Below, piece after piece: positions 19,811 to 30,169 of a stretch of 64,000 bases of DNA. Within the stretch, counting starts at the first letter, position 1. Each line of letters begins with the position of its first letter. The stretch is taken from contig CAXXIA010000002.1 of the NCBI GenBank assembly GCA_963666985.2, positions 2,944,001-3,008,000 of the forward strand. Direction: 5' to 3'. Position numbers and translations under genes: made by a program. A model generated the notes under the pieces. It had not been told where the DNA came from. It saw only the letters and a list, made by a program, of their open reading frames with translations, and did no database searches. The DNA comes from Spirochaetia bacterium (GTDB taxonomy: Bacteria; Spirochaetota; Spirochaetia; DSM-2461).

Positions 19811-22213
19811 CTACTCTTTTGCCGCTTCGAGCCTTTTCGCCGTTTTCGGGAGCGCCAGGGCGATAACGTCCCGCAGTTCCGAAACGGGATGGAAGGTGAT
19901 GCCCTTTTTCACATGTTCCGGGATTTCCTCAAGATCGCGGAGGTTGGCTTCCGGAATGATGACGTTCTTTATTCCGTGGCGCCGTGCCGCAATGGTTTTC
20001 TCTTTCAGTCCTCCGATGGCCAGAACCTTCCCCGTCAGGCTCAGCTCTCCGGTCATGGCCAGTCCCGCTTTAATGCGTTCACCCGCGGCCAAGGAGAGGA
20101 GGGCTGTGGTCATGGTGATGCCGGCCGAAGGACCGTCTTTGGGTGTGGCGCCTTCCGGGATATGAAGATGAACCTCATGCTTTTCGAAGAAGTCCGAAGG
20201 CTCTTCTTTCCCTTCGGAGAATTCGTTTGAGCCGATGATTTTCTTTGCCCGCGTATAGGCGATGGCCGCCGATTCCTTCATCACATCGCCCATTTGGCCG
20301 GTGAGTTTAAGATGCCCTTTCCCTTTTACGGCGTCGGCCTCTATAACCAGAACGTCTCCGCCCATGTTGGTCCAGGCCAGCCCCAGGGCCATGCCCGGCA
20401 GTTCCGCTTTTTTCAGACCGTCTTCCCTGAAATAGGGTTTTTTCAGGTACTCCTCAAGAGTGTCGGCGGTGATGCGGATGGGAAGTTTCTCTTTTCCTTC
20501 CACAACCGTCCTGGCCACTTTCCTGTGAATGCGGTCGACGGCTTTTTCATACGTCCGCATTCCCGCGTCCCGGGCATATCCTTCGGCAATGGCTTTGAGA
20601 GTTGTCGCGTTATAGCGGATTTGACCCTTTTTGAGGCCATGTTTCTTCAAGCTTTTCGGGATGAGGTAGCGCTTGGCGATTTCGACTTTTTCTTCAACGA
20701 CATACCCCGAGAGCCGAATCATTTCCATGCGGTCGAGCAGCGGCCTCGGGATGCTGTCCAAGGTATTCGCCGTGGCGATGAAAACCACGTGGGACAAATC
20801 GAAAGGCAAATCAAGGTAATGATCCCGGAAACTGATGTTCTGTTCCGGATCGAGGACTTCCAGGAGCGCCGAGGACGGATCGCCCTGGTAACTGCTGCCG
20901 AGCTTGTCGATTTCATCGATCATGAACACGGGGGCTCGGGATTTCACGATTTTCATGCCTTGAAGAATCTTTCCGGGCATGGCCCCGACATAGGTGCGCC
21001 GGTGCCCCTTAATTTCGGCCTCGTCCCGCATGCCTCCGACGGAAAAACGAAAAAACGGCCGTCCCATGGAGCGGGCGACGGATTTTCCAATGGAAGTTTT
21101 GCCTACGCCCGGGGGGCCCACCAGAAGAATGATGGAGCCCTTTGAGTCTTGTTTCAGCTTGCGCACCGCGAGGTATTCGAGGATGCGCTCTTTCACGTCT
21201 TCCAGACCGTAATGGTCTTCTTCCAGGATTTCCGAAGCCGCTTTCATGTCGATTTCGTCCGCTTTGGGTTCGGCCCAGGGCAGAGAAACAATCCAGTCGA
21301 GATAGCTGCGGGTAACGATGTATTCGCTGGAGGAAGGCTCCATCACCTGGAATTTATCCAGTTCGCGTTCCACCTGTTCGGCGATTTCCCCTTCGAATTC
21401 GAAGGCGTCGATGGCTTCTTTGAATTTCTGATATTCACTGGAACGGGCGTCGGTGGGCTCGCCCAGTTCTTTTTTTATTGCTTTTAATTCTTCCCGAAGA
21501 AAGTAGTCCCGCTGGCTTTTTTCAATTTTCTCGTTGATTTCCCCGGCGATGCGCTTTTGGATTTTGGCCAGTTCGTGCTCTTTTTTGATGTAAACGAGCA
21601 CCATCTCCATGCGTTTCTTCACATCCAGCGTTTCGAGGATTTCCTGCTGCTTTTCCCTGTCCACATTGAGGATGCTGGTAATGAAATCCGCGATTTTTCC
21701 CGGATTATCGATATTCACCATGTTCAGCCTCATTTCTTCGGAGAACATGGGATTATCCTCGCTGATCTGCTTCATTTCGGTCAAAAGCGCCCGAGTATAC
21801 GCTTTCAGTTCCTTATCGTCGGGATCGTAGTCGTCGTCCAGGTAGTCGACAACGGCGGAGTAAGGGCTTACTTCGTTAAGGATTTTAATGGTTTTGAAGC
21901 GCCGAAGAGTGCTGATAAAGATATTGATTCCGCCGTCGGGCAGGTTGATGCGTTTGACGATTTTCGCGGCCGTTCCTATGGAGTGCAGTTCTTCGGGCAT
22001 GGGAGAATCCGCACCGGGATCGGTGGTGAGCACCAAACCGACGACTTTATTGGTTTCCATCGCCTTATCGATAACGGCAATGTCTTCGGCCCCGGTGATC
22101 ATTATGGGTGTGAAAATTCCGGGAAAAATCGGTTTTCCCTGGAGCGGAACGACATAAATGTTCTGCGGCAGTATTTCCGCCGCCGAGATGACTTGGTTGT
22201 TTTCATCGGACAT
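19811..22213 (-). CDS. lon: ATP-dependent Lon protease
   Basis: DHYGLEDVKERILE, GPPGVGKTS, GHRRTYVGAMPG, PKDGPSAG, GGLKEK. Confidence 0.98.
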   Translation of the reverse strand: MSDENNQVISAAEILPQNIYVVPLQGKPIFPGIFTPIMITGAEDIAVIDKAMETNKVVGLVLTTDPGADSPMPEELHSIGTAAKIVKRINLPDGGINIFISTLRRFKTIKILNEVSPYSAVVDYLDDDYDPDDKELKAYTRALLTEMKQISEDNPMFSEEMRLNMVNIDNPGKIADFITSILNVDREKQQEILETLDVKKRMEMVLVYIKKEHELAKIQKRIAGEINEKIEKSQRDYFLREELKAIKKELGEPTDARSSEYQKFKEAIDAFEFEGEIAEQVERELDKFQVMEPSSSEYIVTRSYLDWIVSLPWAEPKADEIDMKAASEILEEDHYGLEDVKERILEYLAVRKLKQDSKGSIILLVGPPGVGKTSIGKSVARSMGRPFFRFSVGGMRDEAEIKGHRRTYVGAMPGKILQGMKIVKSRAPVFMIDEIDKLGSSYQGDPSSALLEVLDPEQNISFRDHYLDLPFDLSHVVFIATANTLDSIPRPLLDRMEMIRLSGYVVEEKVEIAKRYLIPKSLKKHGLKKGQIRYNATTLKAIAEGYARDAGMRTYEKAVDRIHRKVARTVVEGKEKLPIRITADTLEEYLKKPYFREDGLKKAELPGMALGLAWTNMGGDVLVIEADAVKGKGHLKLTGQMGDVMKESAAIAYTRAKKIIGSNEFSEGKEEPSDFFEKHEVHLHIPEGATPKDGPSAGITMTTALLSLAAGERIKAGLAMTGELSLTGKVLAIGGLKEKTIAARRHGIKNVIIPEANLRDLEEIPEHVKKGITFHPVSELRDVIALALPKTAKRLEAAKE

Positions 22214-22478
22214 GTTCTAAAAATAAGCCGTTAGAGGTAACGGGGCAAACCGAAAAATCAGGAAGGATTGGAAAAGCGGGCATTCCGAAGCACCGAAGCC
22301 TTTCAAAAGGGTTTTTCGGAGGCCTCCGATACTCTTTAAGCGGCGATTCTATTCTTTTCGGCCCGATTTTTTTCTCCGGTTTGGACGAATGCATCACGGC
22401 CGGCTTTTGCCCGGCGGCGTTTTCGTCTTATGAAGTCCCCCTCTTGCCGAGCCGCCTTCTACACGACATCATCACCCC

Positions 22479-23225
22479 ATGACCCGCGACATCAAGGCAC
22501 CGGCACTCATTCTTAAGATGAATCCCGTAGGTGAAAATCATCGGGGGATTTCCATGCTGGTGAGCGGCGAAGGGCTCCTTCGTCCTTTCGCTTATGGGGC
22601 TCAAGGGAAGCGCAGCGTTCTTCGCGGAACCGCCGTGCCCTATAATCGCGGCATCGCGGATCTGCATTTCGACGGGACAAAGAGCCGATGGCGCTTAACC
22701 GCTTTCGATCCCGAAAACACCCATGACGGCCTTCGTGAAGATTTGGACCGGTTTTATACGGCAACCACCTGGGCGGAGATTTTGCTCGGAACACACGGCG
22801 GAGGCGGGGAATCGGCCGAACTTTTCGAACTCGCCGCCGATGCTTTCAGGCTGCTTTCCGATTGCGTTCCCAAGGATCGGATGCGGCTGGATGTCGGTTT
22901 TCTCTGGCGTTTTCTTGAAATCGAAGGCGTCCGGCCCGATCCGCTGCACTGCGGTCAATGCGGGCGTGCATTACCCCTCGGCGGATCGGCCTCTCCGGCC
23001 CGGTTTCGTTCCGACGGATTCTTGCTCGGCCCCTGCTGCTGTGAAGGCCGGGGAGAGGAACTCTCCGACGGCGCCCGGCGCTGGCTGGAGGCCGTGAGCG
23101 GCAATGAACTTGAAGCGTCTCTGTTCATAGGACTGCCGCCGTCCGCCGTCTCTTCCGCCCGTCACTGGCTGGTGGTTCTGATTCAGACAATGCTGGAGCG
23201 TCCTCTTCGAAGTCTTCGAATCTAG
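22479..23225 (+). CDS. recO: DNA repair protein RecO
   Basis: N-terminal OB-type ALILK..PVGENHR...AYGA; CGQCG...PCC zinc motif; 248 aa. Confidence 0.8.
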   Translation: MTRDIKAPALILKMNPVGENHRGISMLVSGEGLLRPFAYGAQGKRSVLRGTAVPYNRGIADLHFDGTKSRWRLTAFDPENTHDGLREDLDRFYTATTWAEILLGTHGGGGESAELFELAADAFRLLSDCVPKDRMRLDVGFLWRFLEIEGVRPDPLHCGQCGRALPLGGSASPARFRSDGFLLGPCCCEGRGEELSDGARRWLEAVSGNELEASLFIGLPPSAVSSARHWLVVLIQTMLERPLRSLRI

Positions 23226-23423
23226 CAAAAAACCGGTGCGAACTAAGAGAAGCCGGCATATTTATGCGATGAACTCCGGAAGAGCTCGGGGGACAGGGAT
23301 AAAACCAACTCATCGGACACAGGCCCTTTCCTGAGTGATGATGAACGACATCAACAAGGAGCTTCAATTTCGACTCTTAGAGAAAGCTGCTTGATAGAGT
23401 GGATGTGGAATTTCAAACAGCCC

Positions 23424-24656
23424 TTAATCGGAAAGATCTTCGCGGATTCGTAATGCCGGTTTGAAAGCGGGATCTATCCGGAGTACCGTATCGCAGTCGG
23501 CCGCCGCACTCTCCCTGTCGCCTGCGGCCAGGGCTGTTTCGGCCCGAGCGGTGAGGTATTCCAGGTTGTAGGGATCGGAACGTATGCACGCTTCCAGGTC
23601 GCGGTACGCTTCTTCGAAATGTCCGTCCAGCCGGGACTGGACCGCCCGATAGTAGCGGGCTTTGGAGTGTCCCGGATCCAAACGGAGGGCCTGATCGAAA
23701 TCCGCCGCCGCTTCGGCGGTCCCGCCTTGGGAGAAGAACGCCATGCCCCGGTGAACCAGGATGATGGATCGGATGCGGGTTTCAAGTTCTCTTTCGAGAA
23801 TCTCCGAATAGATCGCGATGGCCTTTTCATACCGTCCTTCGTTATGCAGCAGGAGCCCCTGAAGGAGGAGGGCGTCGATTGTATTTTTGGACGGATCGGC
23901 CGAGATTTCGGGCGTCTGTGTAGAGCGGCGGTGATTCTCATCATCTTGGCCGCCGTTCGTACGAATCAGCTTGTAAAAGTCCCAGCTCCGTTTTTTTAAT
24001 GCGGTATGGAGATCTTTCTGATAGTCCCGGATTTCCTGAAACATGATGTCCGAAAGAGTCAGGTTCGCGTTCAGCGCCGCCAGCTTCCGCCTAAGGGGTT
24101 TGTCCAGCGGAGAGAATTCCGATTTATAGACAAGTTCGTGTTCCACTTCCGCCCAGGCTTCCTGAAGAATCGTCCGTATCTGTATTTCGCATACCGGTTT
24201 TTTGGGGAAGAATTCCGGGATTGGTTTCGACGGAAGAAATCCCGGCGGCACATCGATGAGAAAATGTTCCGATTCATAACCGAAATGACCGGATGCGTAA
24301 TCCGCGCCCTTAATTTCCCGTTCCCTCACGGTGAAAATCTCTTGGAGCATCAGTGAAACCTGGTTCACCTCCTCTAAAAAGGGACAGACAATCCGAATCC
24401 CCAGCACATCGGTAATCCGCAGGTGCCGGTCCGCCGAATCACAAGATTCCTCCGGTACGCGGTGAAGGAGTTTTTTATACCAGCTGGAAAAGTCTTTGAC
24501 CCGATACCGAAGGGTTGCCGACAGATTGTTTCCGGCGGCCGCCGCACGGATGGATTTAACCAGTTTCTCCAGGACTTCTTCGTAGAATGGCGCGCATGCG
24601 GCGTATCGCTTTTCCAGATCTCCCATGGACGGGAGAGGAAACGAGATTTTCATCAT
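23424..24656 (-). CDS. Small alarmone (p)ppGpp synthetase (RelA_SpoT domain) fused to C-terminal TPRs
   Basis: RVKDFSSWYKK, DVLGIRIVC, FGYESEH, EIQIRTILQEAWAEVEHELVYK, followed by TPR helices. Confidence 0.9.
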   Translation of the reverse strand: MMKISFPLPSMGDLEKRYAACAPFYEEVLEKLVKSIRAAAAGNNLSATLRYRVKDFSSWYKKLLHRVPEESCDSADRHLRITDVLGIRIVCPFLEEVNQVSLMLQEIFTVREREIKGADYASGHFGYESEHFLIDVPPGFLPSKPIPEFFPKKPVCEIQIRTILQEAWAEVEHELVYKSEFSPLDKPLRRKLAALNANLTLSDIMFQEIRDYQKDLHTALKKRSWDFYKLIRTNGGQDDENHRRSTQTPEISADPSKNTIDALLLQGLLLHNEGRYEKAIAIYSEILERELETRIRSIILVHRGMAFFSQGGTAEAAADFDQALRLDPGHSKARYYRAVQSRLDGHFEEAYRDLEACIRSDPYNLEYLTARAETALAAGDRESAAADCDTVLRIDPAFKPALRIREDLSD

Positions 24657-24767
24657 AAGAATACTGTACAATAAAATCGCTTTGAACGGAGCCTCGGATT
24701 AAAGCTTTCGGCCTTCGTATTCGGCCTTCGGGCGCCTCGCGGAAGCGGCGGGGAAAGAGCGAAAAAG

Positions 24768-25460
24768 CTATGGCTGTTTGGGAATCGGCCGCACCCATAT
24801 ATTCGAGGCGATTTCCAGTGAAAGCGAAACCATGCCGTATACCCCGGACACCGCCACGGTGCCGGTTCCTTCTATCCGTTCCAGCCTCAGACGCTTCCCC
24901 GGACTGATGCCCGCCTTCTCCAGAGCTCGAAGGAGTTCCGGGCTTCGATCGGGAATACGGATCAGCACCGCTTCACACTCCCTCATCAAAGTGTTCAGTG
25001 GCACCTCTCCTTCGGATTCGGAGAACCGCAAATCCTTATCCGGGATTAAACCTCCGTGGGGATCGCGCAGGGGACGGCCCAGAAAATCCCAAAGCCTGTT
25101 GATAACCGTATCGGAAACCCCGTGTTCCATGCACTGAGCTTCTTCATGAACCACCGACCAGTCCATTCCCAAACTTTCCACCAGGAAGGTTTCCAGCACG
25201 CGATGACGCCTGAGGGTTCGAAGGGCGATACCGCGTCCTTTCTCGGTAAGAGTGCACCCTTTTCGCGGCTCATACACCGTCAGTCCGTCTGTGGTGAGAC
25301 GCTGAACCATGGTGGTGACCGTTCCGGGAGTCAGCGAGAGGGTTTCGGCGACCAGCCCCATGGGCGCCAAATCCGTATTCCCGGCCTGGAGAACTTCCAA
25401 GATGGCCTTGAGGTAATCTTCCGCGGTTGAAGAATGAACCGGAGCCTTTTTCTTCCTCAT
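24768..25460 (-). CDS. troR: DtxR/MntR-family metal-dependent repressor with FeoA-like tail
   Basis: EDYLKAI, PGTVTTM, RRHRVLETFL, EAQCMEH, DPHGGLIP. The ATG overlaps the troD stop. Confidence 0.88.
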   Translation of the reverse strand: MRKKKAPVHSSTAEDYLKAILEVLQAGNTDLAPMGLVAETLSLTPGTVTTMVQRLTTDGLTVYEPRKGCTLTEKGRGIALRTLRRHRVLETFLVESLGMDWSVVHEEAQCMEHGVSDTVINRLWDFLGRPLRDPHGGLIPDKDLRFSESEGEVPLNTLMRECEAVLIRIPDRSPELLRALEKAGISPGKRLRLERIEGTGTVAVSGVYGMVSLSLEIASNIWVRPIPKQP

Positions 25461-26574
25461 CCGACCATGGCTTCTCGGGCCAGAGAAACACCCTCGTCCG
25501 TCAGCAGAAGCAGCGAGTTTCGTTCCCGTATCAGATTCCGGCGTACGGCGCTCTTCACCACCTTTTCCGCGAATGATTCGGACCAGGCGATATGCTTTGT
25601 CAGATGATCCCGGAGGCACTCAACCTCGTCATTTTCGCCCTCTCCGCAGTCGCTGTGGTGGCTTAAATGAACAATCAGCATCCGAATCCCCAAATCCAGC
25701 TTTTGTTCGTTGCGCAGCAGTTTTTGAGACAATAAACCGCGGATCGGAGCGAAAATGAGTACCAGGGTGAAGGCGATTCCGCAGAACGTTGCCATGGAGC
25801 CGGCGATGGACACGTCCAGCGCGGCGGCCGCGCCGTATCCGAAGGCGGCGGAAAAAGCTCCGATAAGGGCGGCCAGCATCAGCATGATTTCGAGCCTGCG
25901 GGTCAGCAGGGAAGCCGCCGCGGCCGGAGCGATCATCAGCGCCACGACAAGAATGGATCCGACGCTGTCGAAGGCACCCACCACGGTAATGCTCACCATG
26001 GCCATCAATCCGTAATGAAGGAGGCCCGGTCTGAAACCCTGGGCCTGGGCCAGCCCGGAATCGAAAGTGGAAAGCTTCAATTCCTTAAAGAAGACGAGAA
26101 TGAGGACCAGGTTCAGAATCAAAATGGTTCCCATGGACCAAAGACTCCGGGGCCCCAAGTCGTAACCGTTCACGACGAAGCGGTCGAAAGGCGCGAAGGC
26201 CAATTCGCCGAGCAGAACCGCATCGGTATCCAGATGGACATTCCCGGCGTGCCGGGAAACGAGGATAACGCCGATGCTGAAAAGTACCGGGAACACCAAA
26301 CCGATGGCCGCATCTTCTTTTACCAAGCGGGTTCGGGTTTAAAAGTTCGGTAAACCAAGCGGTAAAGAGGCCGGCCAAAACAGCACCGAGCATCAACAGC
26401 GGCGAGGAAATATTTTCAGTCAGGAAGAATCCTAAAAACAATCCCCGGAAGAACAGCATGACTGATGGCATCGCTGATGAGAGCCCGTTTGCGCAGCAGC
26501 AGAAACGTTCCGGGCAGGGCGCAGGCTACGGCGACCACGACGGCGATAAGAAGAATCTCAAGATGGGCGTTCAT
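25457..26574 (-). CDS. troD: Mn/Zn/Fe ABC permease TroD; two +1 indels (near 26436 and 26336)
   Basis: Reconstructed MNAHLEIL...DAISHAVLPGIVLG...VKEDAAIG...HLDTDAVLLGE...FKELKLSTFD. Confidence 0.85.
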
Positions 26575-27687
26575 ACGGTACCTCCCCGCATGTTTTCGGC
26601 ATAATCCCGTCCCTCGGGCGTCAGAGCAAATCGGCCCTGTTTGTCCCTGCTGACCAATCCTCTTCCTCGAAGCGCTTCGAGTCCTCCGTCCACGCTTCTG
26701 GGACGCTCGGGAACGAGCACCCTTAGGGTTTTCAGACTGTGGGGATGATCGAAACTGTCGTGGTTCATCGCCAGTTTCCAGAGTCCTTCGAGGATTTTAT
26801 CCGCCGCGTAGGTTTTGCGGTTTCTCGCCCGGAGAATTAATCGGGAGATCAGCCCCCTTCCGGGAGCAAGCAGAATGGACAGTCCGGAAACGGCCCCCAA
26901 GGCGAGCACGATGGCCGGACCGGTGGGCAGTTTTGAAACAAAACTGGAAAAAAGAGCTCCGGTAATACCGGCCGCGGCCCCGATGATTCCGCTCAATACC
27001 ACAATGGTTTCCAGACGGTTCGTCCACTGTCGGGCCGAGGCGGCGGGAGCCACCACCATAGCGCTCATAAGAACCACACCTACGGTCTGTAGGCCGATAA
27101 CAACGGCGGCGACGATAAGAAACGTTAATAAGTATTCCAGTTTTCGAGCCGGGAAGCCCTGAGATGACGTGTAGTCCGGATCGAAAGAGAGTATTTTGAA
27201 TTCTTTCCAGAAGATAATCATCAAAAGAAGAGCAAGTGCGCCGACAACGCTCATGGCGATAATATCTTCGGTCATCAGAGTCGCCGCCTGGCCGAAAAGG
27301 AATTTATCCAGACCGGCTTTAGCCGCCGTGGGCATCCTTTGGATTTTTGAAAGCAGCACCAGACCGAATCCAAAAAAGACGCTGAGGATGATTCCTTGAG
27401 CGCCGTCTTCGTGAATGGCTGTTTTTCCTGTAATGAGGAGAATCATCCATGTTCCCAGCCAGCCGGCCAGAGCCGCTCCGATAAGCAGGATAAAGGGGGG
27501 CTTTGCTTCCGGTGATGATAAAAGCCAGAGCAATTCCCGGCAGGGCCGCATGCGACATAGAGTCGCCCAGAAGGCTCCGCTGGCGGAGAACCGCAAAGCT
27601 GCCCAGGGTTCCTGACACAATCCCTAAGACCGCGGATCCCAACACCACGTTCCGTAGCGTGTAATCCGAAAAGATTTGTTGAATCAT
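26571..27687 (-). CDS. troC: Mn/Zn/Fe ABC permease TroC; +1 indel in the G6 run at 27495-27500
   Basis: [44 protein letters not shown]. Confidence 0.87.
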
Positions 27688-28447
27688 GCTGCGCCTCCGA
27701 CATTTTCCTTGAGGAAGGATATGCGGCCGCCGAAGGCCTTGCGCAGATTTTCCGGAGTGAAGGTTGTTTCCACGGGCCCCGATGCGATGCGTCTGACGTT
27801 CAGCAATGTGACCCAATCAAAATATTCGGGAACGGTTTGCAAATCGTGATGGACGCAGATAACCGTTTTGCCCGAGTCCCGAAGTTCCTGCAGCAGGGAG
27901 ATGATGGCTCTTTCGGTGGTGGCGTCCACGCCCTGGAAGGGTTCGTCCATCATGTAAAGATCGGCGTTTTCCAAAAGAGCCCTCGCCAGAAAGACTCGCT
28001 GCTGCTGTCCTGCCCGAGAGCTGGCTGATTTGTCTGTAGGAGAAATCCGTCATACCCACTTTTTCCAGGGCGGCCATGGCGGCCGCTTTTTCTTTTTTCC
28101 CCGGCCGTTTGATCCAGCCGAGTGCTCCGTAGCTGCCCATGAGAACAACATCCATCGCGGTTGTGGGAAAGTCCCAATCCACCGCGGTGCGCTGGGGAAC
28201 ATATCCGATTCGGCGTCTGTTTTCCTTCAGGGAACCGCCGAATGCGGACACTTCTCCGGCCGTGGCCGGAATGAGTCCCAGCATGGCCTTCAAAAGCGTG
28301 GTTTTACCGGCGCCGTTGGGGCCCACGATGGCCATAAGAACCGCCGGCGGCACCGCCAAGTCGATATCCCAGAGAACCCGGTTTTTCGTTGTACGAGACG
28401 GTAAGGTCTTCGATCCGGATAACGGCGTTTTCAGCGTATTCCTTCAT
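27684..28447 (-). CDS. troB: Mn/Zn/Fe ABC ATPase TroB; two +1 indels (near 28378 and 28011)
   Basis: [35 protein letters not shown] (after correction), MDEPFQGVD. Confidence 0.88.
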
Positions 28448-28448
28448 T

Positions 28449-29375
28449 TTATTCCTCTCCCTGCAAAGCCTTGGCTATGGTATCCGCGTTATGAGTGACC
28501 ATTCCGATATAGGTTCCTTCAAAGGTGCCTTCCGCGCCCATGGCGTCGGAATAAAGCTCTCCGCCGATTTGAACATCAAATCCCCGATTTTGAACCGCGG
28601 CCTGGAGAGCCTCGATGTTTTTTTTCGGGACCGAGCTTTCGATGAAAATGGCCCTAATCTTTTTTCCCGCGATGTAATCCGCCAGATTCTGCACATCCTT
28701 GGCTCCGGCTTCCGTAACGGTGCTGATGCCCTGGAGTCCCCGGACTTCCATGCCGTAGGCGCGTCCGAAGTAATGGAAGGCATCATGGGCCGTAATAAGA
28801 ACCCGCTGATGTTCATCGATGGAGGAAATTGTATCCCGGACGTATTGATCCAGCTCTTCGAGTTTGGAACGGTAAGCCGCGGAATTGGCTTCATAGGTGT
28901 CTTTGCCTTCGGGATCCGCTTTAACGAGGGCTTCGGTTATGGTATCGGCAACAACCATCCAATTTGATACGTCGAACCAGATATGCGGATCGTGGGTGCC
29001 TCCGAAGCTTTCATCACTGATGAGTTTCGATTCATCCAGGGATTCCCCGACGGCGACGACGGGACGATTTGCGGAAATCTTCTCCAGCATATCTCCCATG
29101 CGGGCCTCCAGATGGAGTCCGTTGAACAGGATCAGATCGGCCTTCTGCAGTCTGTCGACATCTCCGGCGCTGGCCTTGTAGAGATGGGGATCCACACCGG
29201 GTCCCATCAGGGCGACAGCATCAACCCGTTCTCCGCCGATTTCGGCGGCGGTATCGGCAATCATGCCGATTGTTGTTACGACGAACAGTTTGCCGTCGTC
29301 GTCTTTTTTCTCGGCCGGGCCGCATCCCGCAAACAGAATGGTCAGCAATAACGATGTATATAAAAACTTTTTCAC
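28449..29375 (-). CDS. troA: Metal-binding lipoprotein TroA
   Basis: Lipobox LFAGC; GPGVDPHLY, DPHIWFD, TAHDAF.YFG, ELYSDAMG; GTG start after AAGGAG. Confidence 0.93.
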   Translation of the reverse strand: MKKFLYTSLLLTILFAGCGPAEKKDDDGKLFVVTTIGMIADTAAEIGGERVDAVALMGPGVDPHLYKASAGDVDRLQKADLILFNGLHLEARMGDMLEKISANRPVVAVGESLDESKLISDESFGGTHDPHIWFDVSNWMVVADTITEALVKADPEGKDTYEANSAAYRSKLEELDQYVRDTISSIDEHQRVLITAHDAFHYFGRAYGMEVRGLQGISTVTEAGAKDVQNLADYIAGKKIRAIFIESSVPKKNIEALQAAVQNRGFDVQIGGELYSDAMGAEGTFEGTYIGMVTHNADTIAKALQGEE

Positions 29376-29397
29376 GGCACAACTCCTTGATAGTGCA

Positions 29398-29426
29398 AAA
29401 TTAGCATTTTGATTATTCAAAGTCAA
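29398..29426 (-). promoter_or_regulatory. Sigma70 promoter of the tro operon with overlapping dyad operator (putative TroR box)
   Basis: Minus strand TTGACT-17 nt-TAATTT; dyad ACTTTGA-ATAA-TCAAAAT (29406-29423) covers the spacer. Confidence 0.75.
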
Positions 29427-29587
29427 GAGAGTTGATAATAATAAAAATAGTTATAACTAACAAAACGAAATTCCGGTATGGGGGTTTTTACGACGCGGAA
29501 AATCCATTGGCTTATTTCGTCGAACAGGAAATCCCGATCTTCATTTTACCCAATCCCGACACTTGCACTCACCGGTCCTGCGGGGTC

Positions 29588-30169
29588 ATGATGGAAAAGA
29601 TGAGGACTTTTCTGGCCGTATCTCCTCCGGCTGATACGGCTCGCGATATTTACACAGAACGCGCTTTGCTGCGGGCCGCCTGGTCCGGCGTTCGGTGGAC
29701 CGATCCGTCTTCTTTTCACATCACACTCGTTTTTCTCGGGGAAAACGATGAGTTTACCGTCGAAAGAATCAGGGAATCATCAGGCGCCGTTCTTATGGAA
29801 TACGAATCTTTCGATGTCGAATTCAACGGCACGGATTATTTCGGCAGTCTTCATCACCCGAAACTTTTCATTGAGAAAGTGGGTGAGGGCTTTCGGGAAC
29901 TTTCGGAATTGAGGGAAGCCCTTCGGCCCGCTTTGCAGCCCATTGCGGGATGGGAAGGGCGAACATATCGTCCTCATCTGACTCTGGGACGGCCGAAACG
30001 GCGCGGCTGTGAGGGGCCGGAAGGGGGAGGATTGTTGCCTCCGGGTGTAAAAAACGATACCGTGTGGACTTTCCGAGCCCGGGAGGTTGTTCTGTATCAA
30101 TCGATACTCCGTCCCGAAGGTCCGGAATACAGCCCTTTGGAGATTTGGCCGCTGAAGGAGGCCTCATGA
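29588..30169 (+). CDS. thpR: RNA 2',3'-cyclic phosphodiesterase (2H family)
   Basis: MRTFLAV, HITLVFLG, PHLTLGR, LYQSIL..GPEY. Confidence 0.9.
   Translation: MMEKMRTFLAVSPPADTARDIYTERALLRAAWSGVRWTDPSSFHITLVFLGENDEFTVERIRESSGAVLMEYESFDVEFNGTDYFGSLHHPKLFIEKVGEGFRELSELREALRPALQPIAGWEGRTYRPHLTLGRPKRRGCEGPEGGGLLPPGVKNDTVWTFRAREVVLYQSILRPEGPEYSPLEIWPLKEAS

Noticed and set aside
25457..28447. Programmed frameshifting or phase variation in troBCD
   Set aside because: The runs are short (3-6 nt), there are several per gene, and no slippery-site plus stimulator pattern is present; sequencing error is the simpler explanation.
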